Source: a virus | Length of the DNA: 64,000 bases | Direction: 5' to 3' (one strand) | IMG/VR virus record: IMGVR_UViG_3300044640_002221 | Span: 1-64,000 of that record | Part shown: positions 41,348 to 52,278 of the stretch, in pieces | How the letters are laid out: each line of letters begins with the position of its first letter | Numbering within the stretch: the stretch's first letter is position 1 | Notes under the pieces: model-generated | Told to the model about the DNA's origin: nothing | Seen by the model: only the letters and a program-made list of their open reading frames with translations | Databases searched by the model: none | Program-made: the position numbers and the translations under genes

Positions 41348-42160
41348 ATTATTTATTTCCCTATTATTGATTGTTAATTATCTTTGTCGAAACGTTTAAT
41401 ATCTTCTTCCAGCCAGTAAAAAGCATTGCCAACTGCTTTTCTATATACAGTTTCAGCACTTGTTATTATGGACAGGCAAACTAATAATCTCTGTTCTACT
41501 ATGCCTGGATATTTAAGCTTTAGGTTATTTAGGCTTGTGGCAGATGGCAGAAATTGGTCTGCTAGTTCTTTAACTCTTTGCTCTCTTAATAGCAAAGTTA
41601 GTTCTTGCTTCTCCTGCTCTTTTATATCCAAATAGACATCTTCCCCAAGAACTATTCTGTACTCAGGTATGTTCATCTTTAGTACACAGTGCCTGATTGC
41701 TTCAGAAGCATACTCAAAGCTTCTATTCAGAACTTTACGCCCAACATGGCATACTGTTTTTCCATCTTTAAGCTTTCGTTTGGCACACCTTATCACCCAG
41801 CCCTCTTTATACCAACAGCTTTTTGATCTTCCTTTGACTACTGTTACTAACATCTAAGTCTTAATATTGTTTGCTCTTTCAAAGTCCCTGAAGTCAACAC
41901 TCTCAACTATCTGCTGCAACACAGTTATGTCAAACGACTCAGGTACGACTAACTCACCTACTACTTGTGGGGTTAATACTTTATCTATTTGTTCTACTAA
42001 GTTTGGTTCTAGATTTAATAAGCCCGCCCACAGCGCATGACGAACTGACCTAATAAAGGCAAGTCGCGGGCTTACTATCAATCTTTGCTCTTGCTCTTCT
42101 CTTTTTTCTTCTGGTGCTGCAACAATTTCTTCAACTACTTCTATAGACTCTACAGAGCTT

Positions 42161-43681
42161 CTAATCTTTTGAGCTTGCTGTAGTAGCTTGTCTAAGTCCA
42201 ATAAACTCGGCATACAACTCTTCCTCAGTTACAACCTTACTGCTATCAGGATATAGCTTATTCAAATGTGTAAGCCTCTTTCTAGCTTGGTTTAGGTAGT
42301 AATGAGGTTCTTCATCCCAGAAGTCTATTTGAAAGGCTGCAGTCTTGCGTTTAGATTGGTCTATCCTGATTCCCCTACCTGTCTTTTGAGTTACTCCAAT
42401 AGTTCCGCTTCCAGCTGCAGCATTAATGTTTAACCCAATACTTGGAAAGTCTACCCCTACGTTTAATGCTGGCGAGGAAAGCAATACTCTCATCTGACAG
42501 TTACTAAAGGCATTTTGTATACTTTCCCTTTCCTTTTTTTTAAGCAGTTTAGTATTGCTATGCACAAAAGGAATATCTAAACCTGTATTGGCAAACTCTT
42601 TTTGAAGTATTAGCCCATGTTCATCTATCTCTGTTACTAGAATTAGCACTTGACTATCAGATGTACACTCTAAATACTTTTGTACTACTCTGACGATCAG
42701 TTCGTTGCGGATTTTATTTCTACAGATAGCTGTAAGATAAACCTCTCGCTGCTCTGGCTTATCAGGATAAACTATTTTACCTCCTTTCATCACAGCGTTT
42801 GAGTAAATGGTAACTGATGCAGGCACTTTAATAAATCTTCCTTTAGGTTTATGGATAACTTTTTTATCAACCATCTCCATTTCTGGTATGACTAAGGCTA
42901 GTGGACCATATACACCTTCTAGGAGTAAATCAGCTCCTGATTCTGAGTACGCTGTGGCTGACAATCCTAACCGGAAGAAGGTATTGGGACAATGTTCGCC
43001 AATAGTCTGGTAAGAGTAACAAGAACCTGTGTGGCACTCATCGCCTATTAGAATTTCTGTTTCAGCTAAGTTGTACTTAAACTTACCCCCAGCATGAGAG
43101 AACAGCGAATTGATAATACCTACAGTTACACGCTGCCAGTCTTCTTTACCATCTCCTACTTGACCTATAGGCTCATCAAGAAACTCTGATAGTTGTTTTA
43201 CTAAAGACTTCTGCAAGGCTATTTGGGGTACAGTAATGAGGATTTTCTGGGTAGGGTATTGCTTGACTACCCATACTAAAGTTTTGCTCTTACCACTACC
43301 TGTAGGGGAGCTAATCATACAACGTTGGAAGTCAATAGCTGTCTTAACTGCTAACTCTTGATGATCCCATGCCCACTCAGGTAACTTCCAGGGGGTGTAA
43401 GCTTCTGCTTGGTATAAGCACTCTAGTTCATAGGGTTCTCCAATCTCTACTAAAAACTCTATTACTCTTGGCAACAACCCAGTGGGAAACGAACTGGTTC
43501 CAACGTCGTAGCAGCTTCTTTTAGGGTCTGCTGGATTCCATTTCTGGTAGTAGTTATTTCTTTCTACTTTCTTGTCTATCCACTGTAATAGCTGCTTAAG
43601 CTTGTAGTCTAGGTTTAGACCACCTGCTTGCTCCTTACTTATTACAGTAGCCTTTGCCCCATTAAAAACTATCTTTATCAC
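42161..43681 (-). CDS. Superfamily 2 (UvsW/ResIII-like) helicase
   Basis: SPTGSGKS, GDECH, GLSATA, VGVDFPSI, QKTGRGIR. Confidence 0.92.
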   Translation of the reverse strand: MIKIVFNGAKATVISKEQAGGLNLDYKLKQLLQWIDKKVERNNYYQKWNPADPKRSCYDVGTSSFPTGLLPRVIEFLVEIGEPYELECLYQAEAYTPWKLPEWAWDHQELAVKTAIDFQRCMISSPTGSGKSKTLVWVVKQYPTQKILITVPQIALQKSLVKQLSEFLDEPIGQVGDGKEDWQRVTVGIINSLFSHAGGKFKYNLAETEILIGDECHTGSCYSYQTIGEHCPNTFFRLGLSATAYSESGADLLLEGVYGPLALVIPEMEMVDKKVIHKPKGRFIKVPASVTIYSNAVMKGGKIVYPDKPEQREVYLTAICRNKIRNELIVRVVQKYLECTSDSQVLILVTEIDEHGLILQKEFANTGLDIPFVHSNTKLLKKKERESIQNAFSNCQMRVLLSSPALNVGVDFPSIGLNINAAAGSGTIGVTQKTGRGIRIDQSKRKTAAFQIDFWDEEPHYYLNQARKRLTHLNKLYPDSSKVVTEEELYAEFIGLRQATTASSKD

Positions 43682-43687
43682 GGCATT

Positions 43688-43712
43688 AAAAAGGGGAGTC
43701 TCAGCTCCCCTT
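43688..43712 (-). terminator. Intrinsic terminator
   Basis: Minus strand AAGGGGAG-CTGAGA-CTCCCCTT followed by a U run, downstream of 43735-45078. Confidence 0.7.
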
Positions 43713-43734
43713 AACTTAACTTCACAGATTAGAA

Positions 43735-45078
43735 CTACTCAACTGACTCTAATGTCTTTACTTTTGGTGCGAAGGCACTAAAAAGAGCTGGGTTGGTTTT
43801 TCCAACACTTGAAGAGCTTACAGGTTTAGTAACTACAGGTTCAGTTACAGCTTGCAGAGCAGGCATTCTAGGAGCAGACTCAAAACTAGTCTTACCATTA
43901 GCTACTTCACGCTCTAGCTTTAGAATAGACATAGCATGACGTACCCAGTCTAAAGAAGTCCAGCCTGCTTCAGCCTCAATTACATTTTTATCAGAGACAG
44001 GGTGGAATACTGGGATGTAGTCTTGACCATATTGCTGTTTCTCTAGGTGTCCACAATGCACTTCTGTTACTACTGGATAGCACAACTGACCACCTTGCAG
44101 AACACGGTGGCGTGTACCAGTATAGTTCTGGTCATGCAGGTACTTGAAGTATTCACCTGTAGAATAAATCTCTGAGGGAATGTGAGGGTCTGGTACTACG
44201 TTTCTGTCGAATGTTCCAGTACCAATCCCAGCGTGCTGGGACTTGGATAAACCTTTCAGCTTGAGAATGAATGGACGCTTGAAAGGAACTTTCTGATCTC
44301 CTTCCATTGTGTTAATCTTGGCATCCTCAATGCTTACCCATTTGATAGTAGCTTTTTCAGTATCAATATCATAGTTGTAGATACCTAACTGGAAGACAGC
44401 TATTAAGGCATAACCACCCATACTGCATTTAGCAAACTGAGCATTCTTGTCATTAAACAACTCAGGGTCTCCACCAGTTCCTTCTGGCTTACCATGTAGA
44501 TAATGCTCCCCTGCTTCTACACAAGACTTACAAGTTCGGGGAGTGCTAAAACTTGCGTTAGGATCTGCTCCGATAGGAGGACGACTACCATATAGAACCA
44601 TGTGCTCTTTATCTAACTGAGGGTTAAATACATGAGGATTATTCTTGTTCTGGTACATCCGCTCAAAAGGAAACTTGAGAGGATTGTTGTCGGTGGTATC
44701 TGTACTATTTTTACCTAAATGTTCTACTAAACGAGTAGTACGGCAGATGTTCTTAAAGTTTTTAGGGTCACTATTATCATCAAACGAAGCACCATAATGA
44801 AAGCCTAAGACAATCCCTCTTACAGCACAGAAGTGATGAGAGAAGTGTGATGATACTTCTTTATAAGTTCCAGCACCTTCTTCTCGCTCTTTCTTGGTAG
44901 TAGGTAAAGCCCAATCGAACTTATTAAGAGACTTGATTGAACACTCACGATGAGCTCTCCAAGTGTTGTCAAAGTCTTGACGCTGACCTTCACGCAGGGC
45001 TTGTGGTAATACTTCAGGGTTTTCTTCAAATATTAACTCTTCTGGTTCAAAAGTTGCTAAGTCAGATGTTGTAGTCAT
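43735..45078 (-). CDS. Hypothetical 447-aa protein in the replication cluster
   Basis: Long ORF with a CxxC motif; family not recognised. Confidence 0.6.
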   Translation of the reverse strand: MTTTSDLATFEPEELIFEENPEVLPQALREGQRQDFDNTWRAHRECSIKSLNKFDWALPTTKKEREEGAGTYKEVSSHFSHHFCAVRGIVLGFHYGASFDDNSDPKNFKNICRTTRLVEHLGKNSTDTTDNNPLKFPFERMYQNKNNPHVFNPQLDKEHMVLYGSRPPIGADPNASFSTPRTCKSCVEAGEHYLHGKPEGTGGDPELFNDKNAQFAKCSMGGYALIAVFQLGIYNYDIDTEKATIKWVSIEDAKINTMEGDQKVPFKRPFILKLKGLSKSQHAGIGTGTFDRNVVPDPHIPSEIYSTGEYFKYLHDQNYTGTRHRVLQGGQLCYPVVTEVHCGHLEKQQYGQDYIPVFHPVSDKNVIEAEAGWTSLDWVRHAMSILKLEREVANGKTSFESAPRMPALQAVTEPVVTKPVSSSSVGKTNPALFSAFAPKVKTLESVE

Positions 45079-45750
45079 TTATACTTTTCCTATGATTTCT
45101 CTTTCTCTTTTCTTTTTTCTTTCAACATGAGTAACTTTATTCGTGTTGAATAGCTAGTCTAGCTTACTTTCTCGTAAACCACTTGGAAAGTGTTATGAAG
45201 AACTACTCTTGCTACACTAACTGTCATCTCTAGCCCAACGTTAGTGGCACTCTCCCAAGATTTTATCTGGTATATCTTGTATGGTCTACCATTTGAAAAC
45301 TCTTCAGCAGCTTCTTTGAGAACTTTTAAACAGGTGTTGTACTCGTAAAAGATAGCTTCTACCAGACTCTTTATAGGCATTTGAGGAGGCTCTCCTAGAT
45401 TATGCCCTGTAGCTACGCTTATAGAGATTTTGTGGTCGTAGTCTGAGTTAGAACATCCTTCAAAGTTTCTTTCTGTTACGTTTTCTTTGCCAATAAAACC
45501 ATCAGAAACTCTTGAGAGAAAAGCTTTTGACGTTTTTATTAAATTGTAAGAAAGATACTCTTTTTCTGGTTCTACCTTAGTGGAATCACATTTGGAAAAT
45601 TCTGCTACTGGCAGAAGCTCTGGGCTTCTTTCTATCACTTTTTTAAACCAGTTGAGCATATCTTCAACTGTCAAGCTAGACTGTATACTGTATTGAATTT
45701 CTTCCATTAATCTTTCTTACCATTCTCTTTTCTTTTTTCTTACCTACTTG

Positions 45751-46611
45751 CTACAGTCCTGCCATAGCAAGCCATTTTCGTTTAGCTTTGGGGGAAGGAT
45801 TGAAGTAAAAGTTTACTCCTTCTCCTTTAGGTGCTGTCTTTCTTGTTAGTCCTGGATATCCGCTAACAGCCCAATACTCTGTGGAAAAATAAACCCACTG
45901 TGCAAACCTTTTTAGAAACACACTCTGTCTATTACTAGACCAATGCTTTTCTACTAAATGGCAGAAAGGATTGATAAAAGGTACCAGCCCCTGCGCTTTA
46001 GCTATTTTTAGTAAAATAGGTTCGGATATTCCTGGAGTGACAAACCACTTTCTTAGTTCTCCCTTGGTGAAAGAACCCCACTGTGCCACCCCTTCTATAG
46101 TGGTTAACGAGTCTACAAGCGACTGCTCGTAGCTTAGTGAGTTAGTTCTAGAAAAGCTGTTCTTACCATATTCTAACTCATGCAAAGCTACGTAGGGGTA
46201 GGCGGGGAGGTCTTCTATTCTTCTGAGGTCTAAGATTCTATAACAACCACCTTCTATCTTTTTAGCCGCCCCAGCCAGCTTATCAGAGATCTCTGCTGAG
46301 AGTTCTGTGACAGCTATAAAAGCATAATTGGTTGGGTGAACAAAGAAGAAAGGGTCTGTGGGTAAAAGAAACTCGCTGGTTACTGTTCCTTTAATGCCAC
46401 TACCTTTTAACTCTTTAGGTTGAATAACAAATGCCGCGTCATTAAAAGTTGGGTACTCTAGAGCTTTACGAATCTGGTCTGAAGATGGCTCGTACAAAAG
46501 TTCAGGTTCTAGCCTTAACTTTCTACAAATCCAAGCTATCTGTTCTATAGTACCCAGAGTCAGATAAACACAGCCGGCTCTAAGCTGTGGTAGAACCTCA
46601 GCTAGTAACAT
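45751..46611 (-). CDS. Hypothetical protein, possible clamp-loader accessory (delta-like) subunit
   Basis: Coupled downstream of the dnaX-like gene. The N-terminus LRAGCVYLTLGTIEQ loosely resembles HolA starts. Confidence 0.25.
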   Translation of the reverse strand: MLLAEVLPQLRAGCVYLTLGTIEQIAWICRKLRLEPELLYEPSSDQIRKALEYPTFNDAAFVIQPKELKGSGIKGTVTSEFLLPTDPFFFVHPTNYAFIAVTELSAEISDKLAGAAKKIEGGCYRILDLRRIEDLPAYPYVALHELEYGKNSFSRTNSLSYEQSLVDSLTTIEGVAQWGSFTKGELRKWFVTPGISEPILLKIAKAQGLVPFINPFCHLVEKHWSSNRQSVFLKRFAQWVYFSTEYWAVSGYPGLTRKTAPKGEGVNFYFNPSPKAKRKWLAMAGL

Positions 46612-47719
46612 AGTTTATTACTCCATGATCTTCATCTTGGATGCAAGCTCCTCGTTGAACTAAGTTCTTTCCATACAACTGAGTCACATAAGTAATGAAG
46701 TTAGTTAGTTTAACCTCATATTGTGTGAGAAGGTTTAATGCTACTATTTGGTCTTCGGATAGATTATTAACCATAGCTGCTGAGGTAAGAATGTCATCCT
46801 GCATCTGCTTACAAAGCTGCTCTGGACTTACTCTTTCTAAAAGTTGCTTTGTATAGTGCATTGTATAGAGAAAGTTACTTTTACTCTGTAGCATTTCCCA
46901 TAAAGTCCAGCGCCATTCACCTCTTGCTCTCTGAGCTGTGTATGCTGCTACTTCTGGTGTAACCGTCTCAAACTTTTCTATGCAAGAATCATACAAAGCA
47001 GTAGCCACCCCTATTCTACCTTTAGAGCCTTCTGCTAATATACTTGCAGCTTCTGGGTTCAAGTCTGGGTAGGCTGCTCTCAGAAATACTGCGATAGCTT
47101 CTGGTTCTATTACTCCCAGTCTGATAACACCACTAGCTGACCTTCTTATCAAAGCTGTCCGGTCTTCCTCTGCTAAGTCTTCCTCTTTCATAGTTAGAAA
47201 GATATAACAAACTTGATTACCGGGTACTTCTAGCTCTGTGCGAAGTAAAACTTGCTGCCGAAGGTTTCTAGCGAACTCCTGCCACTCATCAAACACGACG
47301 AACAGTACATCGCGGCTAGGGTCTCCTGTGTTAGTTGCACCTTTAGCAGCAGCATGAAGAGCGTTCTTAACACTTTGGTTAATAGTCTCCTCGGTATAGC
47401 TTCCAGGTTGAACCCAGACTACTCCACTCATAGAGCGGTCTGATAACCTAACATCTATGTCCTTACAGGCTTCACACTCTCCACAAGGTTCATACTCCCC
47501 TTCTACTCTGTTAAGACACCTAAAAGATCGAATCAGAAGTAAGACTAAAGAGGTTTTGCCAACGCCTGACTTCCCTGTAATAAACAAGGAACGAGGTAGA
47601 GCTTTTGCCCCTTTAGTTACTATTCTTTTGAGATAATCAACTTCTGCTTGATTAGTTCCAGAGCCGCAGTAGTAATCTGCCCACCTTTTGGGGGATCTGG
47701 TATAAGGATGATTGTGCAT
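46598..47719 (-). CDS. dnaX: DNA polymerase III gamma/tau-like clamp loader (AAA+)
   Basis: LFITGKSGVGKTS (Walker A), RCLN...PCGECEAC (Zn module), VVFDE (Walker B). Confidence 0.85.
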   Translation of the reverse strand: MHNHPYTRSPKRWADYYCGSGTNQAEVDYLKRIVTKGAKALPRSLFITGKSGVGKTSLVLLLIRSFRCLNRVEGEYEPCGECEACKDIDVRLSDRSMSGVVWVQPGSYTEETINQSVKNALHAAAKGATNTGDPSRDVLFVVFDEWQEFARNLRQQVLLRTELEVPGNQVCYIFLTMKEEDLAEEDRTALIRRSASGVIRLGVIEPEAIAVFLRAAYPDLNPEAASILAEGSKGRIGVATALYDSCIEKFETVTPEVAAYTAQRARGEWRWTLWEMLQSKSNFLYTMHYTKQLLERVSPEQLCKQMQDDILTSAAMVNNLSEDQIVALNLLTQYEVKLTNFITYVTQLYGKNLVQRGACIQDEDHGVINYVTS

Positions 47720-48021
47720 CTAGCTATTAATCCTTTCTAACTTTTTAGCAAGTTCCTCATAAATATCTTGCATCTTTTCTGCAGTTAGCTTGAACAACCT
47801 TAAAGCTTCTCCCGCATCTTCTACATTTTTTGCTTCTTTAAGTAATAAAGAAGCTGATGCTAAAAATGCCAGCGCATTATCTGTCTGCTCATTTGTTTCT
47901 ATAAACATTGGTGCAAACGGTCTAAGAGGGTTTGAAGTAGCTTCTAAAAATCCCTTCTTAAATTCCTCAGGCATATCTGACAAACTCATAAATTTCATAA
48001 CTCTCCCTCCCTTTTCTTTTT

Positions 48022-49683
48022 TTATCGCCCAGCTGTTAATAATCTTCTCAGCACGTCTGCTTGAGACATATCTGTACTATCTTCAGCTTCTAGGTCAAAG
48101 TCTTCTAGCAATCTACTACCTTTAATCTTCTGTGTCGCTAGAACAACCTGATGCTCGTCTACCAGTCCCTTATGATAAATGTAATGTAGAACCACCTCTT
48201 CATTTCTATTACCAGGACGGACGGCACGGTACATTGACTGCCTGAGTTTTTTAACTCCCCAAGGTGGGCAGTAGTAAATTACATCACTAGCGGAAGTTAG
48301 GTTAATGGACTCACTAGCTAGATTAATAGCAAATACTCCAACTTTGATATTGGGGTCAAACTGGAACTGGTCTACTAGTTCTACTCTCTGGGCTGCGGAA
48401 ATACTTTTAACCTCAGCTTGCTCATCAGTAGCATAGATTCTTACTACTTTATCTTTACCTAAAAGACTTTCAAGGTAAGTAGTAACTATGTTTGCTGACT
48501 TGATGTAAGTGCAGAAGACTACTACCTTCCCTGTAGAAGAAGTTACCACCTCACCTAACCTTTCTAGTTTAGGGCTTTCAGGATTATGATTACACAAAGC
48601 TATTAAAGGAAATAGTAGTCTTAATGCTTCTGCTTTCTGTTTTACTCCAACAGCTTGAGAGGCCATTAGTAAGGCTCTCTGGTGTTTGATTGTGTAATCT
48701 AGATGAGTAGCTCTCTGTTCAGGTGTAGGAGTAACGCCATGAATCTTGGTTAGACAGTTTGGTATCTTGATACAATCTTTAACCTGCGGATCTGTGAGTT
48801 TAACTCGGTGGATGAATCTCTTAATCAGAGTGAAATACTCTACCAGCTTTTCCGAGTCTAATTTCTGTAGATACTTGACGTTAGAGTTTTCTTGTAGTCT
48901 AGAGCCATACAGATAGTTGGTAGTTAACTGTTCTTTAGTGCCAAACTTTTTAGCAAACGCTTGGGCACTAGTGAAAGGCCAGACTTTGCCATAAACTAAC
49001 TCACAAAGATTATGAATCTCTGTTAGCTTGCCCTCTGAAGGCGTACCAGTCAACACTAAAACTCTCTTAGCTCTGTTGAGCAAATACTTTATTTGCTCAG
49101 TACGGGCTGTCTTTGGTTGGCAGTTATGCACTTCATCAATAATGATAGTAGCTGGTCTGAAAAGATTGGCTAACCTACGACTGATAAATGGTCTAGCACT
49201 TTCTTTTCTATGCTTAGAGCGGTTCTTCGGAAAGTCTAGGGAGTAGATGATAATAGGCTTTGTGCAGTTATCTAAGTCTCTCTCTGATTTGATTACTTCA
49301 TAGTGTTCTTGCATGGTTGGCGATCGCTCTAGCTCTTCTACCCAGCGTTGAGCGGCTAGTAAGTTGGGAACTAGAAGGTGTATACAACCAGCTCGGCGGC
49401 TATGAAATGTTTGGTATATACCTTGCAGCATAAGCACGCTTATTAAAGTCTTTCCTAGTGACATCTCGTAAGCCATGATGTTGCGGCGGCGTACTGCCAT
49501 GAGAGCAGCATACTCCCACTGGTAAGGACGTGGCTCAAAGTCTGCACCTAGTTGGGCGAAAGCTTCTTTAGTTCTGGTTAGATAAAGTCGGTAAGCAGGA
49601 AGAGCAGTAAGTAACTGCTCTTCTACTAATTCAAACTCTTCTAATTCTGTGTAATGGTCAATTAGTAAGAGTTGGTTGGTCAT
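48022..49683 (-). CDS. SNF2-family helicase/translocase
   Basis: YEMSLGKT, IIIDEVH, LTGTP, SESINL, QSMYRAVRPG. Confidence 0.88.
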   Translation of the reverse strand: MTNQLLLIDHYTELEEFELVEEQLLTALPAYRLYLTRTKEAFAQLGADFEPRPYQWEYAALMAVRRRNIMAYEMSLGKTLISVLMLQGIYQTFHSRRAGCIHLLVPNLLAAQRWVEELERSPTMQEHYEVIKSERDLDNCTKPIIIYSLDFPKNRSKHRKESARPFISRRLANLFRPATIIIDEVHNCQPKTARTEQIKYLLNRAKRVLVLTGTPSEGKLTEIHNLCELVYGKVWPFTSAQAFAKKFGTKEQLTTNYLYGSRLQENSNVKYLQKLDSEKLVEYFTLIKRFIHRVKLTDPQVKDCIKIPNCLTKIHGVTPTPEQRATHLDYTIKHQRALLMASQAVGVKQKAEALRLLFPLIALCNHNPESPKLERLGEVVTSSTGKVVVFCTYIKSANIVTTYLESLLGKDKVVRIYATDEQAEVKSISAAQRVELVDQFQFDPNIKVGVFAINLASESINLTSASDVIYYCPPWGVKKLRQSMYRAVRPGNRNEEVVLHYIYHKGLVDEHQVVLATQKIKGSRLLEDFDLEAEDSTDMSQADVLRRLLTAGR

Positions 49684-51292
49684 TGTTATTAAATCTCTTG
49701 ATAGAACCCGTATCTTTGGTAAAAAGGTGTTTCTACCTCTTCACACCATCTCTCATCCCAAGCAACTTGCTCTTGTTCTGTACCTTGATCTGGATAACCT
49801 TTTAAAGTTGGAGAAAACATCTTTACTAGAGCTCTACCAAGAGGTGTTCTTTCATCATCGTCGAAGTCTACGCCCTGTCCTCTATAGTTATTAGCCACCC
49901 TATCTAAGATGTTCAGGAGTTCTTCTTTTGATAGTTGGTCTATCTCTTGCTCTACTTCGTTAAAGGCTGCATGAATAGCCTTGTAACAAGGCAGTTCAAG
50001 TGATAACTCTCTGTACCTACTAGAGTTGAATATCTCATTGATTGCTGGATTAGTCATCTTTGTAAAGTTCTTCTTCCTTATCCATTTGCTCTTTAGCTTT
50101 TAAGAAGCTTGCTGCTGCTGTATCTAAATTAACATCTTGGTCTGAATCATATGGTCTTAGCCATACCTTTACGTTAGAAGGAAGGTGAGATAAGACTGCA
50201 CTTCTGTAGTCTCTTGTTTCTACTAGCACTGCAATGTCAACTCCTTTCTCACCTTCTGGCGGTTTGACTACCACTATGGCTAACTCATCTTCTTCAAGGA
50301 TTACTTCACTAGGAATAGATATGAATTTATTGTTACCTGGAGAAGGTAAATGAGAAAGCCAGAACTTAACTGTATCTGTTTGAACTCCCTCCCAGCATTT
50401 GTGAACTATTGAGAAGAAAAGCAATTGTCTAAACTCACAACCTGATTCTGTCTCAGCTATGCAATAGTGATATCCTGAGTCAGTTGGATGTTCATCGGCA
50501 GGCTTCCACAATTTATCTACATTAATCAGCATCTGTTACCCCAAATACGTCTTGTATTAACTTCTGTTGAGCTTCTTCCAGTTCTGCTTGTTCTTCTAAC
50601 ACTTTCAAAACTAACTCAGGGTTTGCAGCACCATACTTCTCTTTAACTTTAGACTCTGCATCAAGAACTTTTTGAGCAGCTCTAAAAGGCATAAAGCAAG
50701 GCTTACCCATAGCTAGATTAGCCTCTCCTAAATAAGCCTTAAGATATACGTCTAAGCAAGGCGTTTCTTCTCCATTAACTACTAAATCTTCTATTACTCT
50801 GACAACTACCTCTATACTTGCCCCATCAGCACCTTCTGGAGGGTGAACTACTAAGCTTCCGGTTTCACCTTCCTCTAACTCAAGTTCATTACCTACATTT
50901 AGGAAGCAAACTTCATTAAAGTTATCAGGTACTGGTGGAATAGGCATCCAAGCCTTAATTTTATAAGGGAGACCCCAACACCCATCTGTAAAGTTCTGGA
51001 CTGTTGCCTCGTCTCCACTGCTTGTAGTAATAATTGTCAAGTATCTACCATCCTCTTCAGGACGCGTGGTTACTGGTCTGTAAAGCTTTCCTAATTCCGT
51101 GATCATTCTGATAGTTTAAACTCCTGTGGTATTAGTGGTATCTCCATGTAGGCTAAAGCTCCTAAGCAAGCAAACTTACCATCTTTAAATGGTTGAGCTA
51201 TAAAAGTCTCATTATTCCATAGACATCTATAAACTAAGTAGTGACCTCCTTCTTTAGGGAGAGTCTCAGGGGCGTAAGGTATCCAAGGTGTG

Positions 51293-52111
51293 TTATCCAT
51301 TTAACAGTGGCTCCAAGAACCTCAAATCATTTATAAAAGAAGCAACAGGCGTGCCAGGTAGCGGCGGGTAAAGCCACTCGTTTCTTGTGATAGTTACTCT
51401 ACCATCTTTGGTAACTACTTCACTCTCAATACGGGGTTCAGCTCTGGATATCTTGGTAGTATTTTCTGTAAATACTACAGGTCTGTTACCCAGCATTAAC
51501 CCAGCTCGCCGCCGGCAACCATTCAATCCCCACTCTTGCATCCACAACTCTCTTTTGTAGAGCATCTTGCAAGCTTTAAAAGCCTGTGTACCAGCTACCA
51601 ATAAAGGAACAGAAGGACAATACTCGTTTAAGATATTAAACTCACTAGTCAGCCAATGGCTGACGCAGGGCTTGATGTGTTTAGCTTCAATAATCTTCTG
51701 GTCAAAGGGGTTACATTTTACAGCATTAGTAAACCAACAATCTGTATAAGTGTCTAATCCGAACATTAAATTAAGTGCCATTCTCAGAAAACCACCTGCA
51801 TTACGAGGGCGCAGCAAACCTTTCCTACGTTCCTTTTGCTGCAAGGATAAATCAACCATAGGGTAAAGATTTCTCTCTTGGCTCTCAGAATGCCCTGGAT
51901 GGCAGCTTAAAATTATTAACTTTACTTTGCTAAGGTCATCTGGTCCTGCTCCTCCTACAGTGTAGTGAGCATCTTGGTTAGCTTTCAGAAAGCTGTTTAG
52001 TCTTTGCTTACGTTTACCAAGCTCACACTGCTCACACTTTGGGTCTATTCGGATTAAGCTGTGGGATTCCCTTTGATAAGTTTTAGGTAAGTCATTAAGG
52101 TTTATGTTCAC
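51293..52111 (-). CDS. Family-4-like uracil-DNA glycosylase domain protein
   Basis: CEQCEL, VGGAGP, AGGFL, FTNAVKCNP, CVSHWLTSE, LLVAGTQA. Confidence 0.7.
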   Translation of the reverse strand: MNINLNDLPKTYQRESHSLIRIDPKCEQCELGKRKQRLNSFLKANQDAHYTVGGAGPDDLSKVKLIILSCHPGHSESQERNLYPMVDLSLQQKERRKGLLRPRNAGGFLRMALNLMFGLDTYTDCWFTNAVKCNPFDQKIIEAKHIKPCVSHWLTSEFNILNEYCPSVPLLVAGTQAFKACKMLYKRELWMQEWGLNGCRRRAGLMLGNRPVVFTENTTKISRAEPRIESEVVTKDGRVTITRNEWLYPPLPGTPVASFINDLRFLEPLLNG

Positions 52112-52278
52112 TGCTATCCTGCTCCTCTAACACAATCCTTGGCTGCTCTTCTAGCTTTGAGTGGATAACTTGTTTGACTAGAAACGACTTTCCCTCCTTC
52201 CGCAAAATATCTCCTTGTTTTAGAAGAAATATTTTTTTACTCCAAGGAGTTGTATCGGGGTAGGTATTCTTATATCTA